Part shown: one piece after another, positions 28,407 to 38,700 of the stretch | Position numbering within the stretch: position 1 is the stretch's first letter | Layout: each line of letters begins with the position of its first letter | From: Planctomycetota bacterium | GTDB taxonomy: Bacteria > Planctomycetota > UBA8742 > SKZP01 | Assembly (NCBI GenBank): GCA_050249295.1 | Contig: JBFWQT010000001.1 | Location: 623 to 64,622 of the forward strand | Length of the DNA stretch: 64,000 nucleotides | Reading direction: 5' to 3' | Program-made: the position numbers and the translations under genes | Notes under the pieces: generated by a model | Database searches by the model: none | What the model was told of the DNA's origin: nothing | Seen by the model: only the letters and a program-made list of their open reading frames with translations

Positions 28407-31307
28407 TCAGGCTTCCTGACTGGCCGGCAACAGCAGCGCGATCAACGGCCTGCGCGCACGGTCGATGCCGTGCAGCAGACTCCACAGCGAGCGGATCACG
28501 CGGCGCAACGACTCCTCCGGAGGATGCGGCCACACGCGCGGCACCGGGCGCGACCCGGCCGGCACGTCGATCGGTTTGTCGTCGCCCGGCAGGAAGACGT
28601 CGCCGGTGCGCAGGTCGATCCACAGGTTGGCGATGCGCGCGCGCTTCAGCTTTTTCTTGCCGGCTGCGACGTGGAGGGTCACCGCGAGTTGCAGTCGCTC
28701 GCGGGTGAACGTCGGCTCCACGCGGCCGGCCGCGAACCGGAACGCCGGGTGCAGCGTGGCCACGCGGCGCACGATGTCGAGTCGCGCATCAATCACCGGG
28801 AACGGCCAGCCGTTGCTACAACCGGCCGCGATCGCCTCGTGCGCGTCACGCACCGCTTCGGCCAGCACGCGCGGCGGAATGTTGTCCCCGCGCCGATCGC
28901 CCGGGGTGAACTCCAACTCGCCGGTCTCCACGTCGGCGCGCGCGAACAGATCGGCTGCCGCGTTGCCGAGCGGCCAGCGCACGGCGTGACCGCTGGTGGC
29001 AAACACGCGCCGCGGCATCTGCCCGGCCGACGCCGACCAGCCGAGCGCGAGCAGGCGCTCGACCGTGGGCACGACACGCACCTGGTGGCCGGCCACGACC
29101 GCGGCCGACGGGTCGCGATCGATCGCGCGGAACAGTTGCGCGAACGGTTGATGCAGGCCGTGCAGGATTGCGCGGTCTTGCCACGCAGCGAGCACGCCGT
29201 CGCGACGCAGCACCAGTGGATGCGCAAGCCGCACGGCCGTGTCGTCGTCGGGCACCTCGTGCAGTGCGCCGTCGTGGCCGCGCAACGCAAGTTGCTCGCC
29301 CGCGCGCTCCGGCAGGCCATGCACGCTTTCGTCGTCGTTGGCACTGAACACGCAGCTGCCGAGCATCTGCGCCAGCAACGGGTGATCGAGCAGCCGGCGC
29401 AACACGCCCGCCCGCAGCGCGTCGCCGGTGAGCAGGCGGGTCTCGAGCGTGGTAGTCAGCGCCTCGACCGGCTGCGCGAGGTCGCGCACGGTGTGTCGCA
29501 GATCCAGGAACGGCTCCATCGCGGCCAGCTCGCGCGGCACCGATTTCAGCGGTTTGCCAGCCTTCGTCGCGTCGGGGCGCGAGACTTCGATCGCCGGCAG
29601 GCCGTGCTCGTCGAGCACGAGGTCGCACTCGTAGCGATCAACCATCCGCGGCGTGCGCGGGTTCGCGGCGGGCCAGTCATCCACGCCGAGCTTCCACGCG
29701 AGCAACTGCGCGTCGCCGCTGCCGTCGCGCAGCGCGAGGTTGGCCGCTCCGATCATCGCGGTGCGGCGGGTGGTGGCACGTCGCGTGGAGTTGGCCTGCG
29801 GCCCGCTCGCAGCCGCCTCGCTGAGCAGGCGGAGCCGGTCGGCCAGGTCGTCGCCCGGCAGCGTGCCAAGCAGCTTGACCTGCAGGGCGTTCTGCGTGCT
29901 CGCGCCGCTGCGCACCTCGCCGTCGTCGGCCTGGCCGAGCAGCGCGCGGATCGCGTCGGCAAGCTGCGTCTGGTGGCGGAACGCGAGCGGAACGAACTGC
30001 AGCAACGTGCGACATCGCGTATCGCCGAGCGACGCGGCCGCGTCGAGCAACCACTCGCGCTCGAAGATCCCGCTGTCGCGTTGCGCGGCCGTGAGCACGC
30101 CGCGGTCGGCCACCAGCGCATCAATCTGCCGTTGCACGCGCGGACAGTCTTGGCCGCGGTCGTTGGTGGCCATCGCCGACAGCGTGTGCGCGTGCAGCCA
30201 CCGCACGAACGAATCAACGGCCGGCGCGTCGAGCGCTGCGGCCACGTGCGGCGCGAGCCACGGCGCCACAACGGCCGCCTGCAACAGCGAGCGCTCGCTC
30301 GTCACCTGCAGCAGCGTGCTCGCGTCGATCGGCCCGGGCCGCGTGTGCCGCAGCACGTGCCACAGGCTGGATGCCGGGGTCTCCTGGAACTCGTTGCGCG
30401 ACAACTGACGCACCTTGTCCAGGTGACCCAGCGCCGCGATCAGCACATCTGCACCCGGCCACAGCGAGATCGACTTGATCTTCCCGTCATGCCCGTGCTG
30501 GCCCGACGCGTCGGTCATCGCGGCGAGCCGCTCGGTGCAGATGCTGGCGACGAGACGCGCGGCACGACCGTCCGGCGGCACGACGCAACTCAGCCGCGCG
30601 CCATCCAGGATCAGGTCGGACTCGAGAATCTTCAGCAGGCTGGGCTCGCGATCGATTGCCGCGCGCATGGCGTCGGCCTTCATCAGATCGGCGTCCACGG
30701 CGCGCCAGGCGAGGGCGCCGATCGCCAGCACGGCCGCTGTGCCCCTCTCGTACGCGTTCGACTTCACATGCGCCGTCAGACAGGACACGGCCGCCGTCAT
30801 CAGATCGTCGGTTGGCGGTCCGACGAGATCGCTGGCGAGCAGGTTGAGCATCGACATCGCCGGTGGCGCCAGACGCGGCGCGACTTCCGGCTCCCGGCCG
30901 ATCAGCTCCTGCAGCACGTCCGACGCGACCCTGCATACGTCCTCGCGCGTCACCGTGTCGTCGAGCTGATCCAGCACCCACAGTTCGGCCGCAGTGGCCA
31001 TTCCGGTGTGCTCGCCGGCAACACTCGCCGCCGCCCACAGCGCGAGCGCCAGCAAGCCCGCGTCGTCGCCGAACTGCGCGCGTGCTGCATGGCGCAAGTC
31101 GCGCATCTCGCCGAGCATCGGGTGCCGGGCGAGTTGCCGCTGCATCAGGTATTCGACCGGCCGCGCAGCGCGATGCGGCTGGAACAGCGGCCCCCGCAGG
31201 TGATCGTCAAGCCGATCGAACGGCGCGAGGCGCGGCGAAAGGAAGCGAGCGAACTGCTGGGATGTGCGGCCGTACTCCCGTCGCAATGCCTGGAGGGTCG
31301 ATGGCAT
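28407..31307 (-). CDS. Large hypothetical protein (966 aa, cytoplasmic, no recognised catalytic motif)
   Basis: Long ORF with uniformly high GC3 and balanced composition versus Arg/Ala-rich antisense ORF 28470..31352(+). Confidence 0.6.
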   Translation of the reverse strand: MPSTLQALRREYGRTSQQFARFLSPRLAPFDRLDDHLRGPLFQPHRAARPVEYLMQRQLARHPMLGEMRDLRHAARAQFGDDAGLLALALWAAASVAGEHTGMATAAELWVLDQLDDTVTREDVCRVASDVLQELIGREPEVAPRLAPPAMSMLNLLASDLVGPPTDDLMTAAVSCLTAHVKSNAYERGTAAVLAIGALAWRAVDADLMKADAMRAAIDREPSLLKILESDLILDGARLSCVVPPDGRAARLVASICTERLAAMTDASGQHGHDGKIKSISLWPGADVLIAALGHLDKVRQLSRNEFQETPASSLWHVLRHTRPGPIDASTLLQVTSERSLLQAAVVAPWLAPHVAAALDAPAVDSFVRWLHAHTLSAMATNDRGQDCPRVQRQIDALVADRGVLTAAQRDSGIFEREWLLDAAASLGDTRCRTLLQFVPLAFRHQTQLADAIRALLGQADDGEVRSGASTQNALQVKLLGTLPGDDLADRLRLLSEAAASGPQANSTRRATTRRTAMIGAANLALRDGSGDAQLLAWKLGVDDWPAANPRTPRMVDRYECDLVLDEHGLPAIEVSRPDATKAGKPLKSVPRELAAMEPFLDLRHTVRDLAQPVEALTTTLETRLLTGDALRAGVLRRLLDHPLLAQMLGSCVFSANDDESVHGLPERAGEQLALRGHDGALHEVPDDDTAVRLAHPLVLRRDGVLAAWQDRAILHGLHQPFAQLFRAIDRDPSAAVVAGHQVRVVPTVERLLALGWSASAGQMPRRVFATSGHAVRWPLGNAAADLFARADVETGELEFTPGDRRGDNIPPRVLAEAVRDAHEAIAAGCSNGWPFPVIDARLDIVRRVATLHPAFRFAAGRVEPTFTRERLQLAVTLHVAAGKKKLKRARIANLWIDLRTGDVFLPGDDKPIDVPAGSRPVPRVWPHPPEESLRRVIRSLWSLLHGIDRARRPLIALLLPASQEA

Positions 31308-31441
31308 GGCGGCAGCGAGAAAGAATGCCGGGCAGTTCGCTGTTCAGGGTAATGGGTGAAGCGTACACCGGCACGCACCGAAGCGGAATCGGCGGCCGCA
31401 CAGGCGGCGTCGCTGGCGGCGTACAGCGGGCGGAGCTCCTG

Positions 31442-34400
31442 TCAGTGGCGCTTCTTGCCGTCGTCGCGGTCATCCATTGCGCCGCGCTTGGCGTCCTTCA
31501 GGCGATCAAACAGACCACCGCCACCGGCCTTCGGCTGCGAACCACCGGCACGGTCCGCACCACCTTCCGCCGGGGCCGCCGGCTTGCGGGTCAGGTCCGG
31601 CCCGGCATCACTCGCGCTCGCACGCGACACGGCATCGCGCGACTTCTCCTTGAGCTTCTTGAGGAAGTCGCGATCCTGCGCTGGCTCCTGCTCGCCTGAC
31701 CGCTCGTCGGCCTTGCGCCTGGCCTGCGCCGCCTTCTCGTCCTCCACCTTCACGGCGCGCGGCGCGGGCAGCGCGCCGGATTCCTGCATCGTGGCCAGCA
31801 CGTCGCCGGCATCGCGCGCACGACGGTCGCGCTCGCTCTGCTGCCGCTGCGCGATCAGCGCCTTCACCGAGCGCAGGCGTTCCATCTCCTCGAGCGGCAC
31901 GTCGCTGCGCGCGACAAACAGGTAGCCGGCCAGCGGAATGCCGGCAAACGCAGGGGCCAGGGTCTCGTTGAGTTGCGTCCAGCTGACGAACACCTTGCGG
32001 AAGAACACGTCGGCAAACAGCAGGAACACGGCGGCAATCGCGAATGGCACCCAGATCGGCGTGAACGAATGCGTCACCGGCAGGTCGCGCACGAACGGAT
32101 CGTAAGCGATCGGCTTGTTGTAGGCGTCGCGGATCGTCTCGCTGAAGTTCTGCGGATTGACCAGCACGTCGTTGCGCAGGATGCGCTCCGGACGGGCCTC
32201 CACGGCGCCGCCGAGCTCACCGGTGGGCACGAGCTGCCCGCGGACATACTTGCCGCCGGTGTAGGTGGCGATGGTCGCGAGCAGACCGCTGTTGGCATCG
32301 AGGTCGCGGAACTCTCGCGCGTAGGGCACGCTCACGCCGCCGGTCAGCATGACCGGAATGCCCTCCTCGTCGCCGACGATGTGGCCGATCAGGTTGATCT
32401 GCCACGAGCCGCGATTGGGCGCGTCGAACCAGCCCTCGTAGCGGCCCGGCTCGATCAGGCGCAGGCGTACGGGGTGGGCCTTCTGGCGCGGATCAACGAC
32501 CACCAGATTGGCCTCGGAGAACATCAGCGGCGTGCCGTTGTCGATCGCGTCGATCACGACGTGGCCGCGGCCATCCACGAGCTCGCTGCGGATAGTCACG
32601 CGGTCGTCATCGGCGCGCGCCTGGCGCGCGGTCCAGTTGATCACGTCGCCCCAGAAGCGCCGGTAGCCGGGCCAGCCCTGACCGGCCCAGTTGGCGCACC
32701 AGCCGGGGTTGAGTACGTCCGACATGAAGCACAACACACGGCCGAGGCCATGCTGGTTGTAGGCCAGCAGCGGATGGCTCTCGGCGTTGGCGCTGCCGTC
32801 GTCGCCTTCCTTCATCTGCACCACGCGCAGCGCCTGCTGGGCGTTGGGCTTGACGGTCACGCCGACGTACCCGCCGAGCGGAGGCATGCCGGCCGCGCCC
32901 CGCAGGAACTCGGCCTGGTTGGTGATGATCGGCCGGAAGGTGCCGTTGTGCAGCAGGCTGGTGCGGATCCGCACGGCCTCGCGCGTGAAGATCTGCGGCA
33001 GCATCGAGAGGTTGGCGTTGCTCTGGATCTCGTAGAACCGGTCAGCCCAGTCGCTGGACGGTCCGCCGTTGACCGCGATCGACTTCATCGTCTGCACGTC
33101 CTGGCTGCCGATGCCGCCGTGCGGCTGGACGATGACCGACGCGGTGGTGATGCCGAACGTCTTGTACGCACCCGACACGAGGTTGAGCGACGGCTGCGAC
33201 GGGTCGCCGTCGGAGATCACGATGCAGTGCTTGCTGTTGGCGGTGGCCTTCTGCAAGGCGGTGTAGGCCGCGCCAAAGGCAGGTGCGAAGGTCGGCATGT
33301 CGCCCGGCGACGCGGTGGCGATCAGCCGCTTCATGGTGTCGCGCTGGCCGTTGATCAGCTTGAGCGGGAACAGCCACGAGGCGCCGTTGTTCGCCTGGTA
33401 GTCGTAGAGCACGACGCCCAGCTGGTCGTAGTCCGACAGCGCGTCGAGTGCGGCCTGGCACATCGCCTTGGTGTGCGCGTTCCAGTCCTCGAATTCGCAG
33501 GTGTGCAGGATGATCACCAGCGCGCCCGACAGCTTCGCCTCGTGCTCCTCGACCTCCATCCGCACCGGCAGCGCATCGACGATCGGCTGGTCGCGGTAGC
33601 CGCCCGCGCCGTAGCTCTTGTTGCCGCCGAGCACGACGAGACCGGTGCCGAAGCGGTGGATCGCGGCGACGAGCTTGCGCTGCTGGTCTTCCTTCCAGTA
33701 CTCGGCCGGCACGTTGCTCAGCACCACGCAGTCGTACATGCGCCACTCGGCCAGCTCGCGCGGCATGCGGCCGGCATCGACGACGTCCACCACCGGCGGG
33801 GCCATGCCGCCGGTCGCGTCCAGGCTGAACACGTTATCGAGCTCACTCAGGAACGTCTCGTTCTTGTCGAGCGAATCGCCATGCACGTAGAGGATGCGGC
33901 GCCGGCCGCGCACCACGGTGTAGGCCGAGCCGATGTTGTTCTGCGGCACGTTGTCGACGCCCGGCGGGACCTCGATCTCGACCTGCATCTCGTAGAAGCC
34001 GGGACGGTCGTAGCGGCGGGCGGGCAGCACCGGGTAGTTGCGGCCGGGCTTGAGCCAGATCGTCGGCGGAGGCGAGCGCTCGCGCAACTCGGCGATCTTG
34101 CCCTCGATGATCGACAGCGCCTCCTCGCTGATCGGCAGGGTGGAGAGCAACTCGTTGCGGCGCGACTCGAGCGCGCGGAGCCTTTCGGCATCGGCCGGCG
34201 ACATGCTCTCGGGCACGCCGTTGACGCGCACGGTCAGCTTCGCCTCGCACTCGCTGGTCGACCAGATCACGAGCCTCGGCTCGAAGCGCTGGCCCATCTT
34301 GACCTCGCCGGGCTGGTCGAGCCGTTCGATGCGCACGTCCTGCCGGCGATCCTCGGTGCGGATCTCCACGACGTCGACGGTCACGCCGTAGTGGCGCGCG

Positions 34401-35539
34401 AGCCGCAGGTCGGCGACGACATCGCCGCGATTCTGGTTGCCGTCGGTGAGCAGCACCAGGCGCTTGCGACGGTCGTCGGGGAACAACGCCAGCGCGTGGC
34501 GGATCGCCGCGGCGATGTCGGTCACGTCGTTCGCGAGGTCGTCGGGCTCCACGAGCTGGACGTCGATCGCCGCGTCGAGCCGGCGGATCAGCGCAGGGTC
34601 GCCGCCGAAGACGATCACCGCGTACTGGTCCTTCACCGCCTGTTCGACGGGCACGTGCTTGATCTTCTGCTGGATGAAGTCGACGTACCAGTTGTGCAGC
34701 AGCTGGTCGGGCATGCTCAGCGAGCGATCGACCACGAAGATGACCGCCATGCCCTCCTGCGCGCGCACCACCTGCGGCTGCGCGGCGGCAAGCACCAGCG
34801 CGGCAATCAGCAGCAGCCGGAAGCACAGCGCGGCCACGCGCCGGGTGCCCTCCATCAAGGCCTGCGAGCGCCACCACAACAGCACGACCACCGGCACCAT
34901 CAGCAGGAACCAGAACGCGTCGAGGTTGAAGAACCGCAGCGTGCCATCGTTGACGAGCACGCTGATCGTGGTCAGCGCGTAGATCGCGTGCAGCGCGAAC
35001 GCCAGCGCACCCCACATCCGGAACACGCGGCGGTCGGACGACACGGCCGCGACCGCAAGGATGAGGAAGAACAGCGGCAGGCAGACGAAGCCGAGCGCCA
35101 CGGCCACGTGGGACGACGCCTGCTCTGGCCAGTTGTTGACGGCCGTGATCAGCCACGCGGCGATGCAGCCCTGGAAGATCAGCGAGAGCACGACGAGCAC
35201 GATGGCGCCGACGCGCTCGCCCAGTGCATTGCCGCCGCCGTCGGGCGACACCGGCCCGCTGTAGCGCGCCGGCCGCAACAACAGTAGTGCGAGCAGCGCG
35301 GGCGCGGCGAGCGGCACGATCATCACGACGGCGATGAACAGCGCAGTCCAGACTTCGGGTCGCAGGTCGTCGGGCCGGGTGGTGCTCCGGCCGCCGGGCT
35401 CGGGCCGGGCGATGGCGCGGTTGGCGCGCGCCAGGCCCACGATGGTGAGCCAGCTGACGGCGAGGACCGGCACGACGCTGACGGCGTACGTCCACAGCGT
35501 GCCGTCGAGGAACGGGATGATGTCGACGTTTCCGTTCAT
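31442..35539 (-). CDS. Polytopic membrane protein with vWA domain and GATase1/ThuA-like domain (BatA-like architecture)
   Basis: 6-8 N-terminal TM helices, vWA MIDAS AVIFVVDRSLSM, central LVVLGGNKSYGAGGY class-I-amidotransferase-like fold, C-terminal TM plus charged K/R/D tail. Confidence 0.8.
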   Translation of the reverse strand: MNGNVDIIPFLDGTLWTYAVSVVPVLAVSWLTIVGLARANRAIARPEPGGRSTTRPDDLRPEVWTALFIAVVMIVPLAAPALLALLLLRPARYSGPVSPDGGGNALGERVGAIVLVVLSLIFQGCIAAWLITAVNNWPEQASSHVAVALGFVCLPLFFLILAVAAVSSDRRVFRMWGALAFALHAIYALTTISVLVNDGTLRFFNLDAFWFLLMVPVVVLLWWRSQALMEGTRRVAALCFRLLLIAALVLAAAQPQVVRAQEGMAVIFVVDRSLSMPDQLLHNWYVDFIQQKIKHVPVEQAVKDQYAVIVFGGDPALIRRLDAAIDVQLVEPDDLANDVTDIAAAIRHALALFPDDRRKRLVLLTDGNQNRGDVVADLRLARHYGVTVDVVEIRTEDRRQDVRIERLDQPGEVKMGQRFEPRLVIWSTSECEAKLTVRVNGVPESMSPADAERLRALESRRNELLSTLPISEEALSIIEGKIAELRERSPPPTIWLKPGRNYPVLPARRYDRPGFYEMQVEIEVPPGVDNVPQNNIGSAYTVVRGRRRILYVHGDSLDKNETFLSELDNVFSLDATGGMAPPVVDVVDAGRMPRELAEWRMYDCVVLSNVPAEYWKEDQQRKLVAAIHRFGTGLVVLGGNKSYGAGGYRDQPIVDALPVRMEVEEHEAKLSGALVIILHTCEFEDWNAHTKAMCQAALDALSDYDQLGVVLYDYQANNGASWLFPLKLINGQRDTMKRLIATASPGDMPTFAPAFGAAYTALQKATANSKHCIVISDGDPSQPSLNLVSGAYKTFGITTASVIVQPHGGIGSQDVQTMKSIAVNGGPSSDWADRFYEIQSNANLSMLPQIFTREAVRIRTSLLHNGTFRPIITNQAEFLRGAAGMPPLGGYVGVTVKPNAQQALRVVQMKEGDDGSANAESHPLLAYNQHGLGRVLCFMSDVLNPGWCANWAGQGWPGYRRFWGDVINWTARQARADDDRVTIRSELVDGRGHVVIDAIDNGTPLMFSEANLVVVDPRQKAHPVRLRLIEPGRYEGWFDAPNRGSWQINLIGHIVGDEEGIPVMLTGGVSVPYAREFRDLDANSGLLATIATYTGGKYVRGQLVPTGELGGAVEARPERILRNDVLVNPQNFSETIRDAYNKPIAYDPFVRDLPVTHSFTPIWVPFAIAAVFLLFADVFFRKVFVSWTQLNETLAPAFAGIPLAGYLFVARSDVPLEEMERLRSVKALIAQRQQSERDRRARDAGDVLATMQESGALPAPRAVKVEDEKAAQARRKADERSGEQEPAQDRDFLKKLKEKSRDAVSRASASDAGPDLTRKPAAPAEGGADRAGGSQPKAGGGGLFDRLKDAKRGAMDDRDDGKKRH

Positions 35540-35715
35540 CGGTGGGCCGGCTCCGCTCCGCTGGTGCGACAAGGCGACCCATTATGCCGCGCGCCGGTCG
35601 GTGCGAACAGGCTCGCGCGAGTCGGCGGCCGCTCGCCAGGCGCACACTCCCGATCCGGGCGCGTCGCACGTATACTCATGAGCCCCGCGCAACGTCTTAC
35701 CGCTCGTGCAACCGC

Positions 35716-38700
35716 ATGGCCGACCGGCTCACAGTTGAATGCCCGGATTGCTTCCGGCGCTGGATGATCGACCGCGAATCGGGCGGCACCGAAGCGGCCT
35801 GCCCGCGGTGCGGCCAGTGGCTCGCGCTGCCCAACCGCAGCGGAAAGGGCGAACGCCGCACCCGACGGCCGGGCACCACGCGGCACGTCAACGAAGCCAT
35901 GGCGGCCAAGCGTTCGGGTACCGGCAAGTTGCCGGACAAGGTTGCGCCGGCCGGACGCGTGCCGCGCCGCGAAGCGCCGCCACGCCCGAATCGCGCGGCC
36001 GTGTCGGACGTCGAACTTGCGCCGTTCCAGATGCCCGGCGTGAAGACGCCGGAGAGCGGGACGCCAGCTACCAGCGAGGCGCCGGTGCCGGATGCGAAGC
36101 CGGTGCTCGTCTCCGATGTGCAGTTGCCGGCGTTCAGGTTGCCTGGCGAGCGGACCGTGCCGCGCGAAGAAGACCTGCCCGTCAGCAAGGCGGCGACACC
36201 GGCCGCCGAGCCTGCGACGGTGCAGACCGCGGTGAGCATTCCGCCGCGCGTGCGCCGCATGCTCGGCGAATGGAAGGACGGCCGCCTGTCGGTCGAGGAG
36301 TTGCTGGCGGCCGCCGACGATCCCGACGTACGTGCGCTGGTGCAGGCCGAGATCGACGAGTTCGTCGAGGATGTAGACCGGCGCACGATCGCGCTGGGCA
36401 CCCCGCCGACCCGGCTGCGCGACGCCGCGGAGCTGGCCGTGGCGGAGACGGCCGTGGCCGCTGCCGGACCGGCCACGACCGACACCAATGAGGAGGTGGT
36501 GACGAGCGCGGCGAGCACGCCGACTACCACCGACGACGACGACGACGTGTTCGACACGCCCGAACAGAATGAGCCGGTCGGGGCGACCGATAGCGAGCCA
36601 GCCTCCGCCAGCAGCACAGGGCCGATCGTCTCGCCAACCGGCCGCCGCACCTGGGTGGCCGCGCAGTTGCCCGATGTCGAGGTTCGCGCCGACGACGGAG
36701 TGTGGGACGAGTCGGTCGACAGCGTCGACGTGTCCAACGTTGCGGCCCTCGACGCCGACGCGGCGTTCGCCGATGCGCAGGACGCGCTGCCGGCCGACGA
36801 CGGCGACATTGTGGATGCCACGCCGACGACGTCGCCCAGCGCGTCCGACATCCGCACCTTCGCCGAGGTGCAACAGGAGGAGAGCGAGGCCGCCAGCGCC
36901 GCCGCGTTTGCCGCCGCCGGCGACAACGTCGCCGAGTCGCTGCCCGCCGACGTGCTCGACGCCGACGTCGCCGAGGCCTCCGACATCACGGGGGCCGACC
37001 TTGCGGCCGCGGCCGACCCGACGCAGCCGTTCGAGTCCCTGACCTTCAGCGCCGGCCTCGAGCCCGAGCAGGAGAACGAGAGCTCGATCTGGCAGACCGC
37101 TGGCGCCGGCTTCGACATCGAGTTGCCGGCCGACCTCGACTGGAATCCGCTGGCCGGTGGCGGCACGCCGTCGAGCCTGGCGATCCGCGCGACCAGTTCG
37201 ATCGACGTGTTCGAGGGCATGGACGACGCGCGCTTCGCCCGCGACCTCGTCGCGCAGATGGCCGTCGAGGGCACGTTCGACCCGTTCCTCGGCGACTTCG
37301 TCGGCGGCCCCGGGTTCGAGGGAGCCGCGCCCGATATGTTCAGCGGTGCCACCGCTGCCGCGTCGGGCGACGACGTGTTCGGCAGCGGCGCCGATGTGCC
37401 GGTGCCGTCGGCGATCGACATTGCGCCACGCCGGACGGAACGGTCTGACCGCGCGGGCTCCGCCGGCTGGAGCCAGCCCGGCCCGACCGAGACGCGCCAG
37501 CTGACCGCGCCGGCCGCCATGATGCGCCGCAGTTCGCGCCGCGCGAAACTGCGCCTCGCCACCCAACCCGAAAGCCTGGCCGGCATCTCGCTCGGCGTGC
37601 AGGCCGACCTCGAGCCGCCGCCCGAATTGCGCTTCGACGTCCCGATGGTCACCGCGCCCGAAGTCGAGCCGCTGCCCGGCAGCACGATTGAAATCGGCGG
37701 CGCGCCGTACACCGTGATGGCCGCCGACGACGCGATCCAGCGCCTGCTCCGCACCGGCGACCTGCCGGAGGGCACGTACGTTCACCAGCTTGACCTCGGC
37801 TACTACCCCGACTCGTGGGAACGCCCGTCGGTCTGGTACCTGCGGCCGTACCTGCACAGCCGGATGGTCACGCGCGAAGAAGACTTCCATATTCCGCGCC
37901 AGGGCCCGACGTCGTCCGACTGCCTGCCCGTCGACTGGCCGCAGCGGCCGATCCGCATCCACCGCTGCTGCTTCGGCACGCTCAACCTCTCGCGCGCGCA
38001 CTTCCCGGCCGGCTTCACGATGACCGAGTCGCGCGTGCTGACCCGCGTCGCCGCCGTGCGCGTGCGCTTCGACGGCTGGGTCGATTTCGCGCGCAGCGTG
38101 ATGCCGGCGATCTGCGCGTTCTTCCAGGCGCGCGCGACCGGCAGCGTGACGTTCCGTCGTTGCGTGTTCCTCGGCGTGGCGTGGTTTGCCGAGCTGCGCT
38201 TCGACGGCTTCACGTCGTTCCGAGAGGCCGACTTCCACGGCGACCTCGACCTCGGCGGTTCGCGCTTCGGCGAAGACCTCGACCTGCGCGGCGCGGTCAT
38301 CGGCGGGCACGTCGATCTCAGCCGCATCAGCACCGACGGCGGCCTCGACCTCACCGACGCCGGCCTGCATGGTGACCTCAACCTGCAGCTCGCGCGCATC
38401 GGTGGCGCGTCGCGGCTCGACAACCTGATCTGTGCCGGCGAGGCGCAGTTCAACCGCTCGCGCTTCAGCGGCGACGCGTCGTTCGCGCACGTGCGCATCA
38501 GCGGCCCGGCGCTGTTCGAGCATGCGCACTTCGGCGCCGACGCCCGCATCCGCCGGTGTCGCTTCGGCAGCACCGCCGACTTCTATGCGCTGGAAGTCGA
38601 CGGCGCGTTCGACCTCACCGACACCGTCTTCCACGCCGATGTGGTGCTCGCGACCAGCCGCTTCCACGGCATGGTGCGCCTCAACGTCGACGCCGTGTCG

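Noticed and set aside
28470-31352. 960-aa plus-strand ORF
   Set aside because: Arg-rich antisense of the 966-aa minus-strand gene, which has balanced composition
31973-35287. 1104-aa plus-strand ORF and 33843..35669 minus ORF
   Set aside because: Antisense/out-of-frame to vWA membrane-protein gene; Arg/Ala/His low complexity
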